From assembly GCA_964558425.1 (NCBI GenBank), contig CAZLDV010000010.1, forward strand, positions 132 through 64,131: 64,000 bases of DNA, in the 5' to 3' direction. Below are positions 30,157 to 37,956 of this stretch, piece after piece; within the stretch, counting starts at the first letter, position 1; every line of letters starts with the position of its first letter. The position numbers and the translations under genes were made by a program. The stretch comes from an uncultured Rhodoferax sp. GTDB lineage: Bacteria > Pseudomonadota > Gammaproteobacteria > Burkholderiales > Burkholderiaceae_C. A model generated the notes under the pieces. It did no database searches and was not told where the DNA came from. It saw only the letters and a list, made by a program, of their open reading frames with translations.

Positions 30157-31350
30157 TCAGGGATGCCGCGCAAAATAGGAGTTGTTGGCGGCGATCTCCG
30201 CGTCCAGCTGGAACGGGTGCCGACCAAACTCACGCGCCAGGTCATACAGGGCCACCACGTTCTCCGGTGGGATGTCCGGGCCGATGTTGTGACACGGCGA
30301 AATGATGTAGCCGCCGCTGCGACCCAGATCATGGATCCGTCTGGCCACCTCCCAGCGTATCTCCGCCACCGTGGCATTGGGCATCAACTGCTGCACGTCG
30401 ATGCCGCCGTGATAGCCGATCCGGTCGCCGAACCGGTCCTTCAGCGCCTGTGTGTCTTCCAGGCCGCGCACCGAGGTCTGCACCGGATTCAGGATGTCGA
30501 CATTGATCTCGATGAGGTCATCGATCAGGGGTGATACGGCTCCATCGGAATGCATGATCAGCTTGACGTCCGCCAGGCTCTTGATGTGATCATGCAGGTC
30601 CTTCATCCAGGGCTTGACCCGTGCGCGGAACAAGTCGGGCGACATCAGCAGCGAAGTCTGCGTTCCCAGGTCGTCGGTCACGAACGCCACCTGTACGTAC
30701 GGCCCGACCTGCTCCAGGAAGCGGGTCCACATCCGCTTGAGCCTGACCGTGATGCCTTCGAGCAAGGCATCGGCAAAGTCGGTGTCGATGACCAGGTCCA
30801 TGAAGAACTGCTCGTAGCCGCGCATCTGCAACGCCGTCATCAGCGGGCCGGCCTTGATCCCGTCGGCGCCGATCACATAGCCCGTGGTCTCGAACCAGTG
30901 CTTTGCCTGCTCGCGCAGGCCCGCGAACTGGGCCGGGTCTTCGGTATCGGGCCAGGCGAACGTCTTCAGGTCGTCGATCGTGGCCTTCTTCAGCGGTGCA
31001 CCGTCGACCGCATAGTGCTCGCCGTTGGCGGTGCCGCGAAACGGCACACCCCACATGTCGATGTAGCCGTCGACGTCGGTGCGTTCGCGCACCTGCACCC
31101 AGTGCGGGACAACCCAGCGAAAGTCGATGCCCAGACGCTGCAACACCGGCTCGTCAGCGACCACGTTTTGCGCCATCCGGTCCAGGATGCGATTCTGGTT
31201 GTGCATCGGCACGTTCCCCAGATGGTCGCGTAGCCGCTCATAGGCCCGCTTGTGCAGGGAGCCGACTTGCTTGCCCATGTCCAGCAGCACGCGTTCGGGC
31301 TTGCCGTGGTTGAAGGCTGCGAAGAAATTCTCACGCGGTGTCATGGTCAT
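30157..31350 (-). CDS. UroD/MtaA-CmuA family protein (putative substrate:corrinoid methyltransferase)
   Basis: MTPREN, YIDMWGV, DDLGTQTSLLMSP, HSDG, ILNPVQ, GGIDVQ, GYIISPCHNI..PPENV; next to corrinoid and activator genes. Confidence 0.82.
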   Translation of the reverse strand: MTMTPRENFFAAFNHGKPERVLLDMGKQVGSLHKRAYERLRDHLGNVPMHNQNRILDRMAQNVVADEPVLQRLGIDFRWVVPHWVQVRERTDVDGYIDMWGVPFRGTANGEHYAVDGAPLKKATIDDLKTFAWPDTEDPAQFAGLREQAKHWFETTGYVIGADGIKAGPLMTALQMRGYEQFFMDLVIDTDFADALLEGITVRLKRMWTRFLEQVGPYVQVAFVTDDLGTQTSLLMSPDLFRARVKPWMKDLHDHIKSLADVKLIMHSDGAVSPLIDDLIEINVDILNPVQTSVRGLEDTQALKDRFGDRIGYHGGIDVQQLMPNATVAEIRWEVARRIHDLGRSGGYIISPCHNIGPDIPPENVVALYDLAREFGRHPFQLDAEIAANNSYFARHP

Positions 31351-31435
31351 GGTGCTTGCGTCCTGTCAGGTTGCCTGTGCGCCGGTGATTGCAAAGGCGG
31401 GGTGGTTGGCCGGCTTTCGGAATGGCGTGTCAATT

Positions 31436-31451
31436 TTGCATCCGCATGCAA
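31436..31451. promoter_or_regulatory. Putative LacI-family operator (copy 1)
   Basis: TTGCATC-CG-CATGCAA, a 16-bp dyad with central CG; near-identical copy at 36408-36423. Confidence 0.65.
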
Positions 31452-31489
31452 GATGGACAAGCCAAAAATCCGATGAATTGCGTGATGGG

Positions 31490-31503
31490 TTGATGACGAT
31501 CAA
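31490..31503. promoter_or_regulatory. FNR/CRP-family box
   Basis: TTGAT-GACG-ATCAA, a perfect match to TTGAT-N4-ATCAA, in the intergenic region upstream of the UroD-like gene. Confidence 0.72.
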
Positions 31504-31565
31504 AGGCGGCTCGCTCCGAGCGCGGGCGCCGAGCCGGAAGTTGCGATCGCGCACGGGTGTGGAGG

Positions 31566-33455
31566 TCATGATGCGACTGCCTGCAGGGTGTCCTCCTCAG
31601 GCTCGGGCAGGTAGAGCGCGTTGATGAAATTGCCTTCGAAATCCGGCAGCAGATTGAGTTCCACCACCTGCGGGCGGACGTGCAAGGCGCTCATGGCTGG
31701 CACGGCGTTCGCGTCGAGCAGCGCCAGGATGGCGCCGGCCAGCGCGGCATTGCCGACTTTTTCGACCTGCGCCAGCGGCATGCGTGGCAACAAGCCGATC
31801 GCCTGCGCATTGCCGACATCGATGTGGCGTGCGAAGCCGCCCGCCAGAACGATGCGCGCCAATTGCCCCGATGTCAGGCCGCAGGATCCGAGCAAGGTTT
31901 CGATGCCGGCAAAGACCGCTGCCTTGGCCTGCAGGATCTCGGCGATATCGGCCTCGGTGATGACGACCCGCTCTTGCTTCGCAGCGCAGTCCTGCGCCAC
32001 GATCACGCAGGCATGCACCAGGCGCCGCCCCTGTTCGACCTGGACATGGCGCTGGTGGCGCTGCAGCATCGCGATATCCATGCGGCCCGCCGCGCTGAGC
32101 AGGCCGCAGCGCCGACCCTCGGCGATGAAGTCGATCACCGCCGAGCCGCAGATGCCATGGGGCGGCACGCCGCCGATGGTCTGGACCGTCAATTGCAGGT
32201 CCGTGCCGATGCGGATGCGTTCGATCGCGCCCTCGGTGGCCCGACAACCCTGCAACATGCCGCCCCCTTCGAATGCCGGCCCGGCCGGGGTCGCGCAACA
32301 GACCAGGCGGTCTCCGATCCGCAACACCATCTCGCAGTTGGTTCCCAGGTCGACCAGCAGGCTGCGATCGGGTCCGCATTGCAGGCCGGTTGCGTGGAGG
32401 TCGGCCGTGATGTCGCCACCGATGTATCCCGCGATGGCGGGGGCAATCGACACCGGCGCCTGCCGGTTGACCGTGATGCCGATCTGCCCGGCCGCCAGCG
32501 TGCCGGCGTCACGCACCACCGGATTGAAGGGCACCCGACCGATGTTGGTGACGGGAAGCCCCAGCAGCAGGTGGACCATCACCGTGTTTCCCGCCATGGA
32601 GACGCGGCAGATGTCGTCGTGTTCGATGGCCTGCGCATGGCACAGGTCGTCGATGATCGGGTTGAGCGTATCGCGCACCAGCGCCTTGCGCAGCCGCTCC
32701 AGGTCGGCCTCGGACTTCGCGGCCGAGATGCGGGAGGCGACATCCGCTGCGATCGACACCTGATGGTTGTAGCGCGCGGCTTTCTGCACCACGGCACCGG
32801 TGCCGAGATCCAGCAGCACGGCGGCCACGGTGGTCGTGCCGATGTCGATCGCCAGGCCATGGGGGACGACGGCATGCTCGCCTTCGCGCAAACCGATCAG
32901 CTCCCAGTGTCCGTTGTGGGCGGCCAGGGTGGCGGTCATGGGGCCGCTGCCCCTGCCGTCGCCGATCATCCGGGCCATGGCACGGGTCTGGGGCAGCGAT
33001 AGCTGCAACTGTGCACAGCCAGCCTTGCTGCGGACCGTGTCGACCAGACGTTCGAGGTCGGAGCGGTGGTCATGCAGCGATGGCGGGGGAACGCGGAAGA
33101 CAAGCCGGCGCACCTGTGCATCGAGCACGAACGGCGGCAGCACATAGTCCGATTCGATCCGCCCGCCGGTCTCACTGCGGGACCGCTGCGGCAACTGCAC
33201 GACGCAGCCCTCGGAGTCGGCCCGCGTGCGGCAGGCGGGCGCCTGGCGGGCCGCCTGCGTGGCCAGCGACACCTGCTGCGTTCCCACGGTGAATGCCCCT
33301 TGCTCGAGCACGACCGTGCAACCACCGCAACTTCCTTCGCCACCACAGCGCTGGTTCAAGCCCAGCCCGTGCGCATGGAGAATTTCGGACAGGAATCGCC
33401 CCGGCTGGTTGGGCAAGGCGTGCTCACCGTCGGCGGTCTTGACGCGGATCATCAT
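31566..33455 (-). CDS. ASKHA-domain ATP-dependent corrinoid reductive activase (RACo/RamA/DUF4445) with N-terminal [2Fe-2S] domain
   Basis: CGGEGSCGGC..C ferredoxin motif; AIDIGTTT, VDLGTNCE, PAGPAFEG, GICGS, LAGGF, VGNAALAGA. Confidence 0.9.
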   Translation of the reverse strand: MMIRVKTADGEHALPNQPGRFLSEILHAHGLGLNQRCGGEGSCGGCTVVLEQGAFTVGTQQVSLATQAARQAPACRTRADSEGCVVQLPQRSRSETGGRIESDYVLPPFVLDAQVRRLVFRVPPPSLHDHRSDLERLVDTVRSKAGCAQLQLSLPQTRAMARMIGDGRGSGPMTATLAAHNGHWELIGLREGEHAVVPHGLAIDIGTTTVAAVLLDLGTGAVVQKAARYNHQVSIAADVASRISAAKSEADLERLRKALVRDTLNPIIDDLCHAQAIEHDDICRVSMAGNTVMVHLLLGLPVTNIGRVPFNPVVRDAGTLAAGQIGITVNRQAPVSIAPAIAGYIGGDITADLHATGLQCGPDRSLLVDLGTNCEMVLRIGDRLVCCATPAGPAFEGGGMLQGCRATEGAIERIRIGTDLQLTVQTIGGVPPHGICGSAVIDFIAEGRRCGLLSAAGRMDIAMLQRHQRHVQVEQGRRLVHACVIVAQDCAAKQERVVITEADIAEILQAKAAVFAGIETLLGSCGLTSGQLARIVLAGGFARHIDVGNAQAIGLLPRMPLAQVEKVGNAALAGAILALLDANAVPAMSALHVRPQVVELNLLPDFEGNFINALYLPEPEEDTLQAVAS

Positions 33456-33500
33456 GCTCGTCGATGCACGGTGCAGGCTATCGGAGGCAACAGCGGCGCA

Positions 33501-34130
33501 TCAGGCTGCCAGGCGCAGGCACTGCTTGACCGCGCGTACCGCATCGGACGCGTCTGCGCCAAAGCCGTCAGCGCCGATCTCGCTCGCATATTCCTGCGTG
33601 ATCACCGCCCCGCCGATGACCACGCTGACATCCTCGCGACCCCGGAAGTGGTCGATCACGGTGCGCATTTCATGTTTGGTGGTGGTCAGCAGCGCGCTCA
33701 GGCAGATGACGCGCGCGCCGCGCTCCACTGCCTGCTCGAATTCCGGTACATCCACGTCCACGCCCAGGTCATCCACCGTGAAGCCGGCCCCCTTGAGCAT
33801 CATTGCCACCAGGTTCTTGCCGATGTCGTGCAGATCACCCTTGACCGACCCGATACAGACGCGTCCCAGCGGTTCATGGCCGGCCCCGGCCAGAATCGGC
33901 TCGACGATGTTCAACCCACCCTGCATCGCGCGCGCGGCGACCAGCATTTCGGGCACGAAGATCTCGTTGCGCGAGAAGCGCTCGCCGACTTCGCCCATCG
34001 CCGGAATCATCGTGTTCTTGAGCAATAGCCCGACGTCCTGTCCGGCGTCGACGGCCGCCTGCACCAGGCGCACGACGGTATTCCTGTCGCCCTTGCAAAT
34101 GGCGGCGAACAATGCTTCATGGTCACTCAT
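33501..34130 (-). CDS. Stand-alone corrinoid (B12-binding) protein, MtaC/MttC-like
   Basis: Cap MGEVGERFSRNEIFVPEML; DxHxxG motif GDLHDIGKNLV; DLGVDV, LSALLTTT, IGGA. Confidence 0.95.
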   Translation of the reverse strand: MSDHEALFAAICKGDRNTVVRLVQAAVDAGQDVGLLLKNTMIPAMGEVGERFSRNEIFVPEMLVAARAMQGGLNIVEPILAGAGHEPLGRVCIGSVKGDLHDIGKNLVAMMLKGAGFTVDDLGVDVDVPEFEQAVERGARVICLSALLTTTKHEMRTVIDHFRGREDVSVVIGGAVITQEYASEIGADGFGADASDAVRAVKQCLRLAA

Positions 34131-34157
34131 GGGGGTTTCCTTTCAAGAAACACAGGG

Positions 34158-35354
34158 TCAAGACAAGGCGGCTTCGGGCTGCGACAGTTGGCCGGCGCGC
34201 ACCACTGCGGCTGGACGGCGCAGCGCAGCCGGGTCGTCGAAGGGTGACTGATCGAACAACACGATCTCGGCGCCGCGACCTGGTGCGATATCTGCGGGTA
34301 GACAACCCCACAGCCGGCGTGGCAGTGCGGTGGCGGAGTGCAGCAGTTTTTCCAGCGCAACGCCGGCGGCGGCCATCAGGAGCAACTCATCGACACAACC
34401 GCTGCCATGCGGCACGCCCATGCTGCCGGCGTCCGAGCCGACCAGCACCGGAACGCCAAGCGCATAGGCATGGTCGATCTGGCGCCGGTGATCGTCCAGA
34501 ATGCGCTCCAGGTTGCCTGTCGCATGCGCGCTCCAGCCGACGATCTCGGGATGGGACCACTGGAAGTGCACCGGCGAGAGCGTCGGAACCCAGGCGACCG
34601 CCCGGTCGGCCATGATCTGAAGCTGCTCGCGCGTGACGAAGAACCCGTGTTCGATCGAGTCCACTCCGGCGCTCAGTGCGATGTCGATGCCCGCTTCACC
34701 GCTGCAGTGCGCAAAGGTGCGCAGGCCGCGCATCCGCGCCGCAGACACGATCTGCGTGGCCTGCTGTTGGGTGAATTGGGGAGCGCCCTGGACTGCACCG
34801 GCTTCAAAGTCGATGATGCCGGTCATCAGGATCTTGATCTGGTCGGCATCGGCCGCCAGCTCCGACACCAGTTGCCGCGGGCTGGTCTGATCGGTCAATT
34901 CCTGCGCCATGAAACTGCCGTAGCGACGCGCGTTGCGGATCGCCCGACCGGCGCACAGCACCGTGGGCAGTGCCCGCGCTGCGTGCTGCTCTGCACGCAG
35001 CAGCAGATTGATGCCATGGATATCACCGGCATCGCGCACCAGCGTGACACCGGCTGCGAGCGACTGCTGCACGGATCGGCGCCCCACCGCCAGCATCGCG
35101 TCGTGCGGAGCCTGCAGTGCGAGCGACCTCTTGGCGGGGTCGCGCTCGGCGCCATCGAGGAACAGATGGCAATGGGCCTCGACCAGTCCCGGCATCAGGA
35201 AGCGGGCACGTTGCACCGGCATGGCCGCGCGCGACGCATCGCCATGGCCGATCTCGGTGATGCAGCCCTCGCGCACCGTCAGCGTGAACGGGCCATCCCG
35301 ATGGTGCGTGGTGCCGTCGAAATAGCTGTCGACGACGAGCTGCAAGGCGGGCAT
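34158..35354 (-). CDS. Metal-dependent amidohydrolase (amidohydro_1 family)
   Basis: PGLVEAHCH, GVTLVRDAG, QIKI, AHCSG, SIEHG, VGSDAG. Confidence 0.88.
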   Translation of the reverse strand: MPALQLVVDSYFDGTTHHRDGPFTLTVREGCITEIGHGDASRAAMPVQRARFLMPGLVEAHCHLFLDGAERDPAKRSLALQAPHDAMLAVGRRSVQQSLAAGVTLVRDAGDIHGINLLLRAEQHAARALPTVLCAGRAIRNARRYGSFMAQELTDQTSPRQLVSELAADADQIKILMTGIIDFEAGAVQGAPQFTQQQATQIVSAARMRGLRTFAHCSGEAGIDIALSAGVDSIEHGFFVTREQLQIMADRAVAWVPTLSPVHFQWSHPEIVGWSAHATGNLERILDDHRRQIDHAYALGVPVLVGSDAGSMGVPHGSGCVDELLLMAAAGVALEKLLHSATALPRRLWGCLPADIAPGRGAEIVLFDQSPFDDPAALRRPAAVVRAGQLSQPEAALS

Positions 35355-35355
35355 G

Positions 35356-36237
35356 TCAGTCGTCCTGGTAGATCTGCTGGATCCGCAGGATCGCATCGAT
35401 GCCGTCGCAAGCGAGCGATTCGCGCACGCCGCGCATCACCAGGTTGTCGTCCGCCAGCATGGCGTAGTCGCGTCCAGCGGTTCCCAGTACGGTGTCCAGG
35501 CCGTGCGGCACGGTCATGGTCAGGAAGGCCGATTCAATCTGCGGCTGCAGCGCGCTGCCGTCACGCGCCACCTTGGGCAGCATGATGCCGATGTTGGACA
35601 GGCCAACCGACATGTGAATGCCTTGCAAGGTCGGGTCGGCGCCAATGGCACGGATCGACTCGACGGCCATGCGGGTCAAGCCTTCCATGTCCGCGCCGAT
35701 CGGACCGATCGATACGTCGACGAACAGGTCGTCCATGGACAGGCCGTGCCCGCCATCGACCATCAGGCGAGCCATCCGGCGTGCGGTCTGGTGCACATCG
35801 GCGGCGGTCTTGTTGGCGACCCTGCGGCCATCCTGACTGCGCTCGGAGGCCATCAGTACAAAGCGGCAATGGCATATCTTGAGCAGCTCGAGCATGTCCC
35901 AGCGCAGCTCGGAGATCGAGTTGACGATCGGCGATGCGCCACCGGCCTTGGCGCGGTCGTAGGTGCGCAGGCACAGCGCCTGCACTTGCGTGCTGGGAAA
36001 GTCGAACGACAGCGGCACCGACACCACGTCCTGCACGGCGCGTATCACGGCGACCATGAACTCGGGCTTTTGCACCGCCAGGTCACCGACGTTGATGTTC
36101 AGGTAGTGCGCTCCCTTGGCCACCTGCTGCTGCGCCAGCGCCCGGATGCCGACGATATCCTCGTTGTCAAACAAGGTGCGGGTACTCTTGAAGCCCGGAT
36201 TGATCCGCTCTCCAATGATTTTCAGTTTCTCGATCAC
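35356..36237 (-). CDS. Pterin-binding methyltransferase (methyl-THF:corrinoid MT, AcsE/MetH-pterin-like)
   Basis: IIGERINP, GAHYLNINVG, PLSFD, IVNSI, GLSNI; GTG start with AGGAG upstream. Confidence 0.88.
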   Translation of the reverse strand: MIEKLKIIGERINPGFKSTRTLFDNEDIVGIRALAQQQVAKGAHYLNINVGDLAVQKPEFMVAVIRAVQDVVSVPLSFDFPSTQVQALCLRTYDRAKAGGASPIVNSISELRWDMLELLKICHCRFVLMASERSQDGRRVANKTAADVHQTARRMARLMVDGGHGLSMDDLFVDVSIGPIGADMEGLTRMAVESIRAIGADPTLQGIHMSVGLSNIGIMLPKVARDGSALQPQIESAFLTMTVPHGLDTVLGTAGRDYAMLADDNLVMRGVRESLACDGIDAILRIQQIYQDD

Positions 36238-36395
36238 GATCGTGCAGGCTCCTGAACAGTGACTGGTTCGGCCCATTGGCCTCACGGCTGATGGCGTTCA
36301 GACTTTTGGAGCCCGGCGCGAGAGGGTTTGCGCGATGCCCGCCAGTTCAGCCTGGCCGACATCCCGTGAACCCGCTTTCAGAGGTGTTGGACCGG

Positions 36396-36423
36396 ATCAT
36401 AGGCAATTTGAATGCGCATGCAA
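36396..36423 (-). promoter_or_regulatory. Putative sigma70 promoter of the methyltransferase operon
   Basis: Minus strand TTGCAT-16 bp-TATGAT. Confidence 0.5.
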
Positions 36424-36430
36424 ACTGCCT
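36401..36430. promoter_or_regulatory. Putative LacI-family operator (copy 2) within a 30-bp inverted repeat
   Basis: AGGCAATTTGAATGCGCATGCAAACTGCCT (26/30 self-complementary); core TTGAATG-CG-CATGCAA at 36408-36423. Confidence 0.65.
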
Positions 36431-36443
36431 CAATGGGGCGAGT

Positions 36444-36457
36444 TTGCGCTGGATCAA
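36444..36457. promoter_or_regulatory. Imperfect FNR/CRP-family box
   Basis: Minus strand TTGAT-CCAG-CGCAA (8/10), centred about -61.5 from the start implied by the TATGAT -10. Confidence 0.5.
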
Positions 36458-36458
36458 A

Positions 36459-36500
36459 GGAATGCAGATCGCGTCGGGCCGACCCGGGCGGCCGCATTCC
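36459..36500 (-). terminator. Possible hairpin/terminator after the RidA-family gene
   Basis: GGAATGC...GCATTCC arms around a GC-rich core, followed by only TTT on the minus strand. Confidence 0.25.
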
Positions 36501-36511
36501 CGGCGATGCAC

Positions 36512-36970
36512 TCAATCCACTTCGGCGATCATCTCGATCTCGACACAGGCGCCCAGCGGAATCTGCGCCACGCCGAAGGCGCTGCGGGCATGGGCGCCGT
36601 TGTCGCCGAAGACCTGGGCGATCAGTTCGCTGGCGCCGTTGGTCACCAGGTGTTGCTCGGTGAAGTCGGCCGTCGAGTTGACCAGCGCCATCAGCTTGAC
36701 GATCCGCTTGACGCGGTTCAGGTCGCCGCCGACGGCGACATGCAAGGTTCCCATCAGGTCGATCGCCACCGCTCGGGCGGCGGCCTTGCCTTCTTCGGTG
36801 GTCATGGTCTTGCCGAACTGGCCGACCCAGACCTTGCCGTCCTTCTTGGCAATGTGGCCGCTGAGGAACACCAGCTTGCCGGTCTGCACGAAGGGCAGGT
36901 AGGCCGCTGCGGGAATTGCTACCGGGGGCAGTGTGATGTCGAGTTCGGTGAGTTTGTCGTAGATGTTCAT
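36512..36970 (-). CDS. RidA/YjgF family protein (Atu1372-like subfamily)
   Basis: AAYLPFVQTG, FLSGHI, GAHARSAFGV, VEIEMI; ATGA overlap with the upstream gene. Confidence 0.9.
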   Translation of the reverse strand: MNIYDKLTELDITLPPVAIPAAAYLPFVQTGKLVFLSGHIAKKDGKVWVGQFGKTMTTEEGKAAARAVAIDLMGTLHVAVGGDLNRVKRIVKLMALVNSTADFTEQHLVTNGASELIAQVFGDNGAHARSAFGVAQIPLGACVEIEMIAEVD

Positions 36971-37956
36971 GGTGATGCTTGCCGGGATGCAGTCGGGAGA
37001 GGGGATGAAGATGCCGTTGCGCTCTGGCCTCGCGCCAGTGTAGACCCGACTGCATCGGGTCGCAGGTCCAGTGGCTCCACGGTGACCTGCACCGTCAGTG
37101 CATGGCTGGCGCCACCGTGGATCACCCCGCGGATCGGCGACACGTCGGCGAAGTCGCGCCCCACGGCCAGTACCACGTAGTCCTCGCCCGGCGCGCCCCA
37201 GCCCCAGCGGTCGTTCGTGGGGTCGAAGTCGCACCAGCGGGTGGCGCCGGTCTGGTTGGGCAGCAGCAGCGACAGCCAGGCATGGGTGGCGTCCGCGCCC
37301 ACGAGCCTGGGCGTACCTGGCGCCGGATGGGTCAACAGATAGCCGCTGACGTAACGCGCCGACAGCCCCAGTGAACGCAGGCAGGCCAGCATGATGTGCG
37401 CGAAATCCTGGCACACCCCCCGACGCTGGCGCAAGGCCTGGTGCGCCGGCGTATGGATTTCCGTACTCTGGCCATCGTAGGTGAAATCATGGTGGATACG
37501 GTGCATCAGATCGAGCGTGGCGGCGTGCAGATCGGCATGCGGGCCGAAACTGGCGTGTGCATAGGCAGCGAACTCGGCATCGCGCGGCACATGCCGGGAC
37601 GCAAACACGAAGCCGACGTCGGGGTCGTATGCGCCATCGCAGCGGTAGCGGAAGTGATCGGCGGCCAGCTCCCAGGGCCCGGTCGCGCAGCGCATGGCCA
37701 GTGCGCGGGTCGACACCGTGCTAGCGGCCACCACGGTGAGTTGCGCATGCGCCATCTGCAAGGACAGGAAACTGCGGTGGTTGCCGAACACGTCAACGGC
37801 GTCCCTGGTGTGGGACGGAGTTGGCGTGACCGTGAGCGTGTGCGACAACAATGCCTGCGCGACGGTCTGCATCGGTTGCAGGCAGGCGACATGGTGTGCC
37901 ACGTCGACCGCGGGCGCATAGTCGTAACAGGTCGTGTGAAGGATGGACAGCAGCAT
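36967..37956 (-). CDS. Transglutaminase family protein (Bact_transglu_N + core)
   Basis: HTTCYDY, DVFGN, GVCQDFAH, ARYVSGYL, ATHAW, DFDPTN, GRDFADVSP. Confidence 0.92.
   Translation of the reverse strand: MLLSILHTTCYDYAPAVDVAHHVACLQPMQTVAQALLSHTLTVTPTPSHTRDAVDVFGNHRSFLSLQMAHAQLTVVAASTVSTRALAMRCATGPWELAADHFRYRCDGAYDPDVGFVFASRHVPRDAEFAAYAHASFGPHADLHAATLDLMHRIHHDFTYDGQSTEIHTPAHQALRQRRGVCQDFAHIMLACLRSLGLSARYVSGYLLTHPAPGTPRLVGADATHAWLSLLLPNQTGATRWCDFDPTNDRWGWGAPGEDYVVLAVGRDFADVSPIRGVIHGGASHALTVQVTVEPLDLRPDAVGSTLARGQSATASSSPLPTASRQASP

Noticed and set aside
30157-31350. hemE (uroporphyrinogen decarboxylase)
   Set aside because: Lacks the N-terminal PxWxMRQAGR signature of HemE; the context is corrinoid methyl transfer.
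33501-36237. Calling the corrinoid and pterin genes metH fragments or a pseudogene
   Set aside because: Each has its own start and stop, an unrelated gene lies between them, there is no Hcy-binding or SAM-reactivation domain, and a RACo activator is present. A split methionine synthase with a distal partner remains a formal alternative.
35356-36237. folP (dihydropteroate synthase)
   Set aside because: No NxTPDSFSDG or SRK motifs; IGERIN and GLSNI match methyltransferase pterin domains.
36286-36511. Cobalamin riboswitch upstream of the B12 operon (a GGGAAT word is present on the minus strand)
   Set aside because: No following GGTGxAAxTCC, GCCCCCGCxACTGT or B12-box elements; the word is one arm of a simple hairpin.
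12018-36511. Island as a mobile element
   Set aside because: No integrase, transposase, tRNA or flanking direct repeat seen, and base composition is not visibly different by eye.
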